A stretch of 64,000 nt of DNA from Ostrea edulis (lineage: Eukaryota): contig NC_079170.1 in NCBI RefSeq assembly GCF_947568905.1, positions 42,966,001-43,030,000 on the forward strand, given 5' to 3'. Below, piece by piece: positions 35,501 to 46,289 of this stretch. The notes below the pieces were generated by a model that did not search any database, was not told the DNA's origin, and saw only the letters and a program-made list of their open reading frames with translations. Numbering within the stretch: the stretch's first letter is position 1; each line of letters opens with the position of its first letter. Made by a program: the position numbers and the translations under genes.

Positions 35501-38500
35501 GAACGGTTTGCACGGAACAGTGAACGATTTGCATGAAATGCTGAACGGTCTGCACAGAACGGTGAACGGTTTGCACGAAACGAAACGCTTTAGAAGTGTA
35601 GTAGCACGCTTAAGGGTCTGTATGATAATCATGTAAAAGAAGCACTCATGTAAACATATCTTTTCAAACATATGAATATCCAATCATATGTTAAACATAC
35701 ATGTATGTTGCAATTTTACCTGTGTATAGTTTATGGTTAAATTTTGTGTTGTAGCGTGGAGGAGATATCAGCAAAAACTGCCCAAACGTGCGATTTCTGC
35801 AAATACAAAACGTAAGTCAGTGTCTGAACAGTGTACAGTGTAACTAGTCTCTGTCAGAGATCTTCTGTCAGTGTCACTAATGATGGACTTCATTTTGCCA
35901 CAGGAACACCGCAGAGGATGTCTTTGGTCGAGTGGAGTCAGATTTTTCCTTCACGGCAGCCAACACATTCAAGCTGGACACCTGGCACACACTGTCCCTC
36001 TTCAAAAAGCACCACCCCCTGAACTGGACATACACTCAGTTCATGGACCTCATGCAGACTTCACAGAAATGGTAAGACATTGCTGGGGGTCTTCCCGCCG
36101 TGCACACAATTGATTATTAGGTTTAGGACAGTATGTGTGTATTATGTTTTATCTTAAGCGTAGATGCTGCATCTCATCTTCAACTTAGAGTGCTATATCT
36201 TAGTTTTGAATGTCTCCTGCTCATGTCCATTTTGAAATCTGATAAATACAATGCAAAGCATAAATGACAGAATTCTTTGTTGGATAACGTAATGTTTTAC
36301 AGAAATTATGTTTCTTTTTTTTTTTCTGTTGGCATAAAACCTATAAAATCACTACACACAGCCATTCTTTTTATCAGCTTAGTATAATTATTCCTACAAA
36401 GAGCTAAAGGGAGATAAATTTTCTTGTTCTGATGTTCAGGTTACAGAAAGCCCACTCACTAGACAAGAATTATAAATACCCCATGATGATCTGGGACATG
36501 TTGCCCCACGGTGGGGCCAGTCAGATACACCCACACATACACAACTTCCTGGACAAAACCAGATATCAAGGTACTGTGATATTCTTATTGCAGGGGAAAA
36601 TGCATAGTTAATTGAATAAAACTCTTTAGAGGAAATATACAATGTTTTCATATTTTTGTATCTTCCACTTTTTAGAATTAAAAAAAAAAATACAGCGACA
36701 ATTGTATGCAAATGATAAAAGGAAAATATTCATTTGTATTCACTTGATGAACAGCCGCTGCATTTTCCTTTTAAGACATTTGCTGTGGAATGTTTGGTAG
36801 TCATGAATTTGAAGAAAAAAAACAACAATATTTTTTTATATAATTTATTATTTATAAATCTTTTCAGTATGTATGAATGCATTTTAAACTTGTCATTAGA
36901 GGGAAATTTGTATATTATATTATATTTTCCTGCAAGAAATAGTGTTTATGTGCTATATGTGTTTTCTATATGAAATAGTGTTTGTTGTTTAGGTGCTCTA
37001 TTAATTTTGTATTTCTTCAAGAGATAGTGTTTTTTGTGTAGGTGCCGTGGAAAATTGGAGAATGGCAGCCAATCTCTACACAGAGGATTTCCCCAGGAAT
37101 AATTACTTCACAGATCTCATCATGGTCCACATGTCCCTGGGACTGGGGGTGAAATACGGCAGGGCTGTGGCATTTGCTTCACTGGTCAGTATAGATAAGT
37201 CACAAATCTCATCCTAGTCCACATGCTCTTAGTACACATGTCCGTAGTCCACATGCTCATAATCCACATGTTCCTAGTCCACATGCTCCTAGTACACATG
37301 TTCCTGGTCCTCATGTCTCTAGGGATGAAGCTGAATGTCAGGTGACATCGACTTCATTTGTCAGTAATAGTCTCAGACCTCATCATGGTCCATACATTGT
37401 GATGGGGTGGGTGGATGAAATGTAGCTGCAATGATGTAATCCTCTCCAATTTTTTATGCTCCCCGCCACAAAGTGGCCGGGGCGTATAGTTTTACCCTTG
37501 TCTGTTCTTCAAAGACACACAGTTTTCTGAACTTTTTTTCTAAAAGCCTTGAGATATTGAATTAATTTTTTGTATGCCGATGTATATAGATGAGTTAGGG
37601 CTGTTCCAGAAATGATCAAATGGGGGGGTCGGGCGGCAAATGATATTTTTTTGTGTGGGTGGTCGTATTTTTTCATATTTTAATTGGTCCGTGGTTGGAC
37701 TGTTAAAAAAATATTTATTATGGGTAGTGGTTAGTTTCTATTGTTTTATTTTGTGCCACGTGGGTGTTGAGTTTTCAGAATATTTTTACTGTCGCTCTTG
37801 TCGTGTTGGTTACAAAACGTCGGAGGGAAAATTGAAAACGTGCTTTCGAAATGCTGCTTTCGAAATCGGAAATCGGAAGTAACATAGAACTATTCGAGTT
37901 GTCGTTCTTTGCAGTGCATAACTATCCATTACGGCACTCTTCAAATTAGAGGCGCGTTTAGTAGGGTCCCTTTGGACGTGATGGCGGCGAACTCTGTTCT
38001 GTAGATTATTACAGTTTACAGTGCATCGATTTTGGGAATATTTTGAAACCAATAGGTATTCCGTTTTCTAATAAAAATAGGCAAACCTTAGTTGATTTAT
38101 ACGAGGGTACCGATACGTTATATTTATCAGTCGGTGTGATGGTGATATAGAGGCCTCCGGGCGCGGGCTCCATTAGAAGACGAACGATTCATGGAAAAAC
38201 ATATCCATACCCATTTCATGATAATAGCATTGTTTGGACTCCCAATTTTTCCAACATTCCCGCCATAGATGCCTTTGATTGTTGATGTGACATCGTTTCT
38301 TCAGAACTAATGTGATACAATGTCGCACAGGCTTTACCGCGTCATTGACTAGAATGTTTGTCCCGAAAACCTCGCGAGATTTGTACCGTTTTCATTTTTA
38401 AAAATATTTTTGTGGTGGGTCTGGTTAGTTTTTTTTTTTTTTTTTTTAGATGGGTCATTGTAAAATGAGTTTATTAATTTGATGGGTCATGGGGTAATTT

Positions 38501-41295
38501 TTTATTTTTTTTTATGGGTGCTTGGTATATACAAAAGGTGCCTCCCGACCCCCCCCCCATGTATTTATTTCTGGAATAGCCCTTACTATAAATCAAGTTT
38601 GAATTTTTTTCCGGTTCGTTGAAAATTTGATGGAGTTGTGCCCTTTTAACATGATAGCATCCTTCCGCAAAACACCCAGTTTCCCAGACTTTTTTTCTAA
38701 ACGCCATGAGATAATGAATTGATGTTTTGTATGCAGGTGTATATTGATGAGTTACAGATCAAATTTGAGTTTTGTTCTGGTTTCGTTGATTTTTGATGGA
38801 GTTGTATCCCTTTAAGGTAGAAAAATTACTGTTTTGACCAGCTTTCCATACTTTTTTTTCTAAACGCCTTTAGATATTGAACTGATATTTTGTATGCAGA
38901 TGTATATTGATGAGTTACCGATCAAATTTGAGTTTTGTTCTGGTTCATTGATTTTTCATGGAGTTGTGCCCCTTTAACAGAAAAATAAGTGGTAAGACCA
39001 GTTTTCCGGACTTTTTTTTCTAAACACCCTGAGATATCGAAATGATTTTTTGTAGACAGGTATATATTGATCAGTTACAGATCAAGATTTAGTTTTGTTC
39101 TGCTTGATTGATTTTTGATGGAGTTGTGCCCATTTAATGTAGAAAAATTACTCTTATGACCAGTTTTCCAGACCTTTTTTTGTAAATGCCTTGAGATATT
39201 GAACTGAATTTTTGTATGCAGATGTCTATTGATGAGTTACAAATTGAGTTTGAATTTTGTTCCAGTTGGTTAATTGTTATGGAGTTGTGCGCCTTTAACG
39301 TAGAAAAATTACTGTTATGACCAGTTTTCCAGACTTTTTTTCTTAACGCCCAGAGATATTAATCCCCCCCCCCCCCCCCCCAATAAAATATTCGGAAAGG
39401 ACTATTCCAATATTTTTTATTCCCCCCCCCCAAAAAAAAACAATTCGGAGAGGGCTACATTATTGCAGCTTAATATGAAATGTTACGGGGCTGTGTCATT
39501 GGTGTCACTGGTAAGTATGAATTAGCCTTTTTTCCAGAATGAGAATTTTGCGAAAGTTGACTGTAACACCTGTCAATGTATTTACCTGTTTTATTTGCAC
39601 CTGTGATACAATTGTTATTTTAAATCGCATCAAATTTGGTAAACCCACATTTTTTGTTTGTTTGAACTGTTTATAATTCATGCTAGTAGGATTACATGGA
39701 ATCAAAATTTTTGATTGGATATTTTTGTTACTTAGTTACCCAAGAAGGACAATGAAGTCATCATCATCAGCGCAGAGGCTGACCAGGATTTTTTTGATCT
39801 CCTGTATTTTACTTACAGAGGTAAACATGCATCTGTACATGTTTGTGTAACCAAGTGCTTGCAATTTTGTATTTATTGTTGTGAAAATGATAATAAATAG
39901 CATTGTATATTGATATCAAGTACTCTTATTGAAAGTACATGTATATCAATTTGAAAGATTACATGTAACAATGTTTAACATTCATTCAGGAAGATTACTA
40001 AGAAATTGTACTATATGATATAACCTGAAATTTCAGCTTTCATTGATGATATGGAGAGGCTGTGCTACAGTTCAGGGATTGGTCTTCCTAGTTTGGTAAG
40101 ACTTTTACTCTCTTACAAGAAAAATCCAGGGAAATATGTAATTTCCAGTCCTGAAGAATTGTACAATAAAACATGGTTTTAGTGAACATGTCTATAATGA
40201 ATTCAGACTTACAGTAAAACACCATTACAGTGAACACACTTATAATGAATTCAGACTTACAGTGAAACACAGTTACAGTGAACATGCTTATAATGAATTC
40301 ACACTTACAGTGAAACACACTTACAGTGAACACACTTATAATGAATTCACACTTACAGTGAACACACTTATAATGAATTTACACTTACAGTGAAACACAG
40401 TTACAGTGAACACGCTTATAATGAAATCACACTTACAGTGAACACACTTATAATGAATTTACACTTACAGTGAAACACGGTTACAGTGAACACACTTATA
40501 ATGAATTTACACTTACAGTGAAACACGGTTACAGTGAACACACTTATAATGAATTTACACTTACAGTGAAACACGGTTACAGTGAACACAATTATAATGA
40601 AGTTACACTTACAGTGAAACACAGTTACAGTGAACACACTTATAATGAATTTACACTAATACAGTGAAACACAGTTACAGTGAACACGCTTATAATGAAT
40701 TCACTCTTACAGCAAAGTGATTTTCATTCTCTGTAGTTTTAAAACATTATGAACTCATTGAATAAATCAAATTACATTTATAACGACTTAAAATTGTTTT
40801 CCCCCAGCACTTCACTTTATATTAAGTGTTTTGCTGTATACATTAGAATTTTACCAGGCAGAATTACTTTGGAATTCTCCCAAACCTTTCAATAGAATTA
40901 ATGAATTGTAGATATAGGACAAGGTTGTGCATTATACTATAGGTAATGTATGGATTTAGTGAATATTATGTGTTCATTTTAAGCAAGGGTAACATTCCAT
41001 TGTATTTACATTTGTTGAATCCTTTCTGATATATTTCTTTTGAAATTGACATTGCATTCATCGTTGGCAATGAATACATGTTCAATTTTTGCCAACTAAA
41101 TCGATCCAGTTTTCTGTTACTAAATATGGAGCATCGTCAAGGTAAAAACGCTGTTCCAATTAAAGTAACGAGTGAGTCAACGATATATTTTAGTACTTAA
41201 ATCTAGTTATACCCCACGCAACGAAGTTGCGGAGGGTATAATGTTTTTGACCAGTCAGTCTGTCAGTCCCTTTTTGTTATCGCAACTCCTATGAG

Positions 41296-41330
<35 letters not shown>

Positions 41331-42331
41331 ATAAGGACACACTGTGTAAATGTGCATATTCCCAGGAAATTCTGATTCAATAATTTTTTGGAAGTTTTGT
41401 CTTTTTTGAACTTCGAATTTAAAGCCTGTCTGCCCTGTTCTTGCAGTAATGCATAGCATAACCATTCACTATGTGAGGCATTGTCAAGCAATATTGGAAC
41501 ATGGGTATGTGAGCTTGCTCACTTTTGCTTTATTTCATTTATATTTTTGTTTAAATACTTAAGAATTTAAATGTAAGTAATAGATTATATTTCTTTGTTG
41601 TTTTAGTAGAAAAAATTGCATAATGCAGGTTATGAATTTTTTCTGCAATGCTTACTGTGCATACCTTGATCAACAGATAAAAAGGGGGAAAAAAGCATTT
41701 TATTGTTTAACTTTTTGTACACCGTCTAATAAATGGGAGTAACGGAGATTGGGACATTAATTGTTGGGACACTGCACCGAGCTCTTGATGAGACAGTGAT
41801 TTACGAATTGATTCTTTGCAGGACAGGGAGGATAATTTGGGCAGGATTCCTGCGTATGCGCGTCTGATAACGCGAGGTCCAGTGGAGGATATACGATCAG
41901 ACATCAGCTCGTTAGAACTGTTTTCTGTGAGTTTCATGCCTGATTTATTTTAACAAAATTGGAGATTAATCAACATACCTATGTAAATTATTGAAAAATT
42001 ACGCTCAAACTTGACACATCTAGAATTTGGCATTTGTTGTAAGAGCTTAAGGTACTTTCGCGTTGTACCTGTATATTCTGATAAAATGAAATTCTGTATC
42101 ATGTTTCACTCTTAAATATGAGAAATCTTCCTATCAGTTGATAGTTTTTTTTTTTTGTTCATGCATACTGTATCTGTATAATATACATTTACATGCATTT
42201 TAATTATCGCATTGTGTAATTGTGAAATCTTTTTCTTGATTTAGGCTCAGAATGCTAACACAGACCCATACAAAGTAATACAGTACATCAGGAAATCCAT
42301 AAAGAAACGTGACCGAAGAAGCAAGAGCTAA
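29343..42331 (+). CDS. Type II membrane protein with GalT/HIT-superfamily nucleotidyl-transfer/hydrolase domain, 12 coding exons, 460 aa
   Basis: Exons 29343-29543, 30694-30797, 31863-32001, 32200-32303, 35755-35811, 35904-36071, 36440-36570, 37042-37184, 39736-39820, 40037-40095, 41822-41926, 42245-42331, all GT..AG and phase-consistent, total 1383 nt. N-terminal TM WQVLCLLVSIFILIYLVSSFL; GalT-like NPLREKRP and CDFC; active-site-like GGASQIHPHIH. Confidence 0.85.
30297..30462. mobile_element. Palindromic MITE (~165 bp) in intron 1
   Basis: The whole element is an imperfect inverted repeat (agaatcaaacattctt...gaagaatttatc / gataaattctt...aagaatgtttaattct) with TA-rich flanks. Confidence 0.6.
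30998..31335. mobile_element. Kolobok-type MITE (TTAA TSD)
   Basis: TTAA|AGGGGCATTAGCTG ... CAGTTAATAGCCCT|TTAA. Confidence 0.65.
31340..31720. repeat. Degenerate AT-rich minisatellite (taattacatg... units)
   Basis: The motif attaattacatg(c/t)atat recurs many times. Confidence 0.7.
32360..33333 (+). mobile_element. HINE-like element with a poly-G tract (32492-32535) and ~4 x 160-bp satellite units
   Basis: ttgtgaa recurs near 32680, 32847, 33005 and 33163; (catc)n microsatellite near the 5' end. Confidence 0.6.
33376..35624. mobile_element. Non-autonomous TIR element, 2249 bp, with subterminal 21-bp arrays
   Basis: TIR CATACAGACCCTGAAGCGTACTAC versus reverse complement CATACAGACCCTTAAGCGTGCTAC. 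Arrays of TGCACGGAACGGTGAACGGTT at ~33414-33610 and ~35350-35590. Internal duplication ~33780-34140 / ~34248-34580. No TSD found. Confidence 0.7.
37215..37319 (+). repeat. 7 x 15-bp minisatellite (TAGTCCACATGCTCC) derived from the preceding exon
   Basis: Units start at 37215, 37230, 37245, 37260, 37275, 37290 and 37305; similar to exon sequence atggtccacatgtccc at ~37122. Confidence 0.8.
37450..39362 (+). mobile_element. HINE-like element carrying ~6 x 160-163 bp Cg170/BIV160-size satellite units
   Basis: 5' palindrome atgctccccgccacaaagtggccggggcgtat; gttacagatc recurs at 38751, 38914, 39074 and 39236. Confidence 0.7.
37598..38582. mobile_element. PIF/Harbinger-type non-autonomous element, 985 bp
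   Basis: TIR GGGCTGTTCCAGAAAT versus reverse complement GGGCTATTCCAGAAAT; TTA TSD at 37595-97 and 38583-85. Confidence 0.75.
40164..40836. mobile_element. pogo/Tigger-like MITE with tandemly amplified left terminus (~48-bp unit, 40190-40715)
   Basis: TA|CAATAAAACA... and ...TGTTTTGCTG|TA ends. Unit TTACAGTGAAACACAGTTACAGTGAACACACTTATAATGAATTTACAC, ~11 copies, some shortened. Confidence 0.65.
41205..41535 (+). mobile_element. Short HINE-like element (TTATACCCC..GGGTATAA family)
   Basis: ttataccccacgcaacgaagttgcggagggtataa palindrome followed by (cagt)n. Confidence 0.6.
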
Positions 42332-42350
42332 CTAGGGTGCTTACTAGTAC

Positions 42351-42730
42351 TTTAACCTATTGGTAGGGGAGTAACTGAAATGGACTTTAACCTATTGGCA
42401 GGGGAGTAACTGAAATGCACTTTTATCTATTGATAGGGGAGTATCTGAAATGGAGTTTTATCTATTGATAGGGGAGTATCTGAAATGGAGTTTTATCTAT
42501 TGATACGGGAGTATCTGAAATGGAGTTTTATCTATTGATAGGGGAGTAACTGAAATGGAGTTTTATCTATTGATAGAGGAGTATCTGAAATGGACTTTTA
42601 TCTATTGATAGGGAGTAATTTAAATGGACTTTAACCTATTGGTAGGGAGTATCTGAAATGGAATTTAACCTATTGATAGGGGAGTAACTGAAATGGAGTT
42701 TTATCGATTCATAGGGGTGTAATTGAAATG
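42351..42730 (+). repeat. 35-bp minisatellite, ~10 copies, immediately 3' of the stop codon
   Basis: CTATTGATAGGGGAGTATCTGAAATGGAGTTTTAT; ctatt at 42427 and 42462. Confidence 0.9.
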
Positions 42731-43174
42731 CACAAATATGTTTTGAAAGTTACATGTATAAGGGGTGTAAACAATTGGTATAGTTGATAGTTAGAGTTTA
42801 TAGAAAATCTATTATGGCATAATTTAAGTATTGGGCATTTGATGATTGTATTATATTGGTGTACATGTATGCAATGCACATGAAGATTTTCTAAATGATT
42901 ATGTCCCTGTCCAAAAAGATTTATATTGGTAGTGAAATTCATTTTTTGAAAACCATATATTAACTGTTTAGAAATTTTCTCTGGCATACATAATGGAATT
43001 CTTTTTTGTTTGGAAATAAGCATTAGAGTTGTTTTTGACTTGGAGTTAATACTAATATTGGAAACAAAAATGGTAGAAATTCTATCAAGAATTGATGATG
43101 AAATTTCTTGAAAATGGAGGCACATTGATGATAATGTATTCTGGTGATCCCTATTTTCTCTATTGTGCAATTTT

Positions 43175-43775
43175 AATTATGTCTTCCCTTCCCAGAAGGG
43201 GGACATATTGTTTTGGTGTGAATTCTTCTTCCGTTTCTTCTTCTTCTTCAGCTTCTTCTTCCACTTCTCATACAAAGTTTGTCTGGGACATAATTTTTTT
43301 GTCTTTTGACATAGGCCTTTGATATTTGGTATGTGGGTAAACCATGATAAGACAGTGTGTCAGTGCCATTTTTGATGAATTTTGACCTTGACCTTTTATG
43401 TAAAGGTCAAATAATAGAATTTTTTGGTAATTTTTTTGGTCTGAATCATACCTTTTTTGTCTTTTGACATAGGCATTTCATATTTGGTATGTGGGTAATA
43501 CCATGATAAGACAGTGTGTCAGTGCCATTTTTGATGAACTTTGACCTTGATCTTTTAGGTAAAGGTTAGATAATAGAATTTTGGGGGCATTTTTTTTTGG
43601 TACAAACCATAACTTTTTAGTCGTTTAACATAGGCCTTTGATATTTGGTACGTGGGGGTACTATGATAAGACAGTGTATCGCGTGCCATTTTTGATGACC
43701 TTTGACCTTGACCTTTTCCACTTTAAATGTTAATAAACATGGAAAATGGAAGGGGAGACATAAGTTTTTGTGTGC
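43175..43775 (+). mobile_element. HINE-like element with ~3 x 140-bp units
   Basis: atgtcttcccttcc...ggggacat 5' palindrome, (ttc)n, repeated gacataggcctttgatatttggt...tgaccttgacc, 3' ggaaggggagacat. Confidence 0.6.
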
Positions 43776-43933
43776 TAAATTAATTCTTCCTAGTTATACA
43801 TGTACCTTTGTTTTGAGAGGAATATTTAATAAATGTTGGTGCAGTTTTATGTTTAGGTATGATTGTTCATATTCCAAAGAATTTTATTCAAACATTCCAA
43901 ACATACTGGCAACTTAAAGGTCTATGAAATCAT

Positions 43934-44612
43934 TTCACTTTGAATGGATGATTGCCTGTTCTGCATAATTTAATACTATTTGTAGCATGTGCAATGAGAT
44001 TGGCAAGTAAATGAAATTCTTTCTTTTTGAAAAACATGATTTACAACATACATAACACCTCTCATTTTTGTTAAAGTTCATGTGAGATGAACATAGAGTA
44101 TTTAACAAATGGTAAATTAAATTCTAAGGAATGGATTTAGTAGCAAAGTACATTTATGTTATTGGGTTGTAACAAATCTTGGGGCAGATAGCCTTTTTAT
44201 AAACTGAAGTTGATAAGTGTAATATGCACCAAATTGCACGTATATCATAAATCAATGTCTGCACTCACAGTTAGATTCATTGATTGGGTAATTACAAGCA
44301 TGTTTATGAACATTATTTTTTGTAAATGAGCTAACACGTGAACATTCTCAGGCTTCCTTTAGCTGTCCTCTAGACCCTTCATTATAAGGTAAATCTGCAG
44401 GTTTACCTGGGCCTCATGTTCCAATGATAGAAAATACACCCTAGATAAATATTGTTAGTAGTGTGTGCATAGGAATATAATTATCTAGAAACTGATGTAA
44501 CATGAGTTTCAGACTGTTCTTCACAACTACTTATTTTTGTAACATCATTACATGCCTTTTGAACATCTTCAGAATAATACTCTTTCACACTGAGATTCTT
44601 GTGATTTAATCG
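43934..44612 (+). repeat. Segment duplicated at 62361-64000
   Basis: Colinear match by eye from ttcactttgaatggatgattgcc to ctgagattcttgtgattta. Confidence 0.85.
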
Positions 44613-46226
44613 TACGAACTTCCTGCTTCCTGTTTATTTCCTGTTGTTGGGTACAGGTAGCAACAATGATTTGTAATCAAATGATCATGATTTTTTTTAA
44701 CATTCACTATGCACAAATTGTACATTTTAGTATTTCAAATAACCTCATGTCGATAGATGTGTAATTGTGACACTGTTTAAATATACTACAAACACATGAA
44801 ATCCAGAAAACAGTGGATACCACTGCCTTTACCATGGGTTAAAGTTACAAAGGAAAATTCACATGTACATTCTCGATTCATTTGTCCATATTCTAATTTT
44901 GTTGTTCCATTAGGATTAAACTTCCTCAAAATTTTATTGAAATTTTTTTTTCCAAGAAAGAATTCTTGCAGACTTGTTTGGCAGGAGGCTCTACAAGACC
45001 GAATGCATTGCCTTTATCAAACTTCATAAGTGTGGAGTAAATAAATTTATCCAACTTCATAAGTATAGGGTATATAAATTTGCTCAATCTCTGCAATTTT
45101 TTTATTAGTATTTTTTAGTGTTTGTTTAGATGAAAAAGATACCTATTAGATAATCAGTTGTGCTACTTTTAGTCTTCCCTTTTATTACAATGCATATTTC
45201 AGGAAGCTACATGTCCACATGTACATGTATATTCATCTTAGAATAACTAAATCATCACCAGGCTTTCAAACGGTGAAACCTATTTTTCATTTCTGTGCTT
45301 TTTATGTTAAAAAACGTCACATTTATTCATTAAAAGTTTTCAAGTAGCTATGATTTTGCATTTCTTGAGAGAAAATCTGCACATTAAACAGAACTTTAGT
45401 TATCAATATGTTAGTAATATGTTTCATACATGTGCAATGCCATAGGCCTGATTATTTCACACAAACTGTAAATTCTCACGATGGGTGAATTTTGGAAGGA
45501 TGTATTAAGTTATTTATTTCATACATTTATTTATTATAGTTAGTAAAGTTAGAAATGTATTCATGACGGAATGAAATAAAAGGATTTAAGAAAATGACTG
45601 GTATTTGTTTATTTAAGTATCGGCTGTATGTAGAAGTCTGCCATTGCATGCAACACTTAGAATTCGATAACAGCCATTGAATTCAGTGTTCTTGTGTCTT
45701 ATTGGAGAACCAACATTGTGTCTGGCGGAGAAACAACATAAACCTGCTAAGACATGTGACTTTATATTAATCAGCAAGCAAATAAAGAAAGAAAGATCAC
45801 TTCTTCTGGGACAAAAGGCAAAGGAAGTTCATTGATATACAATATACCATCGTCTGTTAACCATGAGTCCTTCTCACCGATTCTTTCTATGTGTGGACTC
45901 AAAACCGGGGTTCGTGATGATTATTATATACATATACCTTGAAGTGCATCATCTCTTAATACATGCATACGATTTGGACTAATATATCATAATATTGAAT
46001 TAAAAATCATGAAAAATAAAACAAATTCTATTTTGAAGTTTTGTAAACTATGTAAACCCAGTGATTATTTTGTACATTCGAAAATGAACACATATAGAAT
46101 ATAAACAAATAATATCATCAAGAAGTATGGAGAAATTCAAGGAATGACAGAAATACTCCTGATTGTCGGGGAAATGGTCCATGTAGAAAACTGTTTTATG
46201 TCTGCCTCAGTAGAGTAAACATGAAA

Positions 46227-46258
<32 letters not shown>

Positions 46259-46289
46259 CAGCCATTACGTAAATTGTATGATTTAATCT

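Noticed and set aside
26963-35683. ORFs 26963..27271, 27102..27305, 32449..32751, 33332..33655, 35013..35576 and 35339..35683 as proteins
   Set aside because: Their low-complexity translations (IYIY, poly-P, VQTVHR) arise from microsatellites, poly-G and 21-bp arrays.
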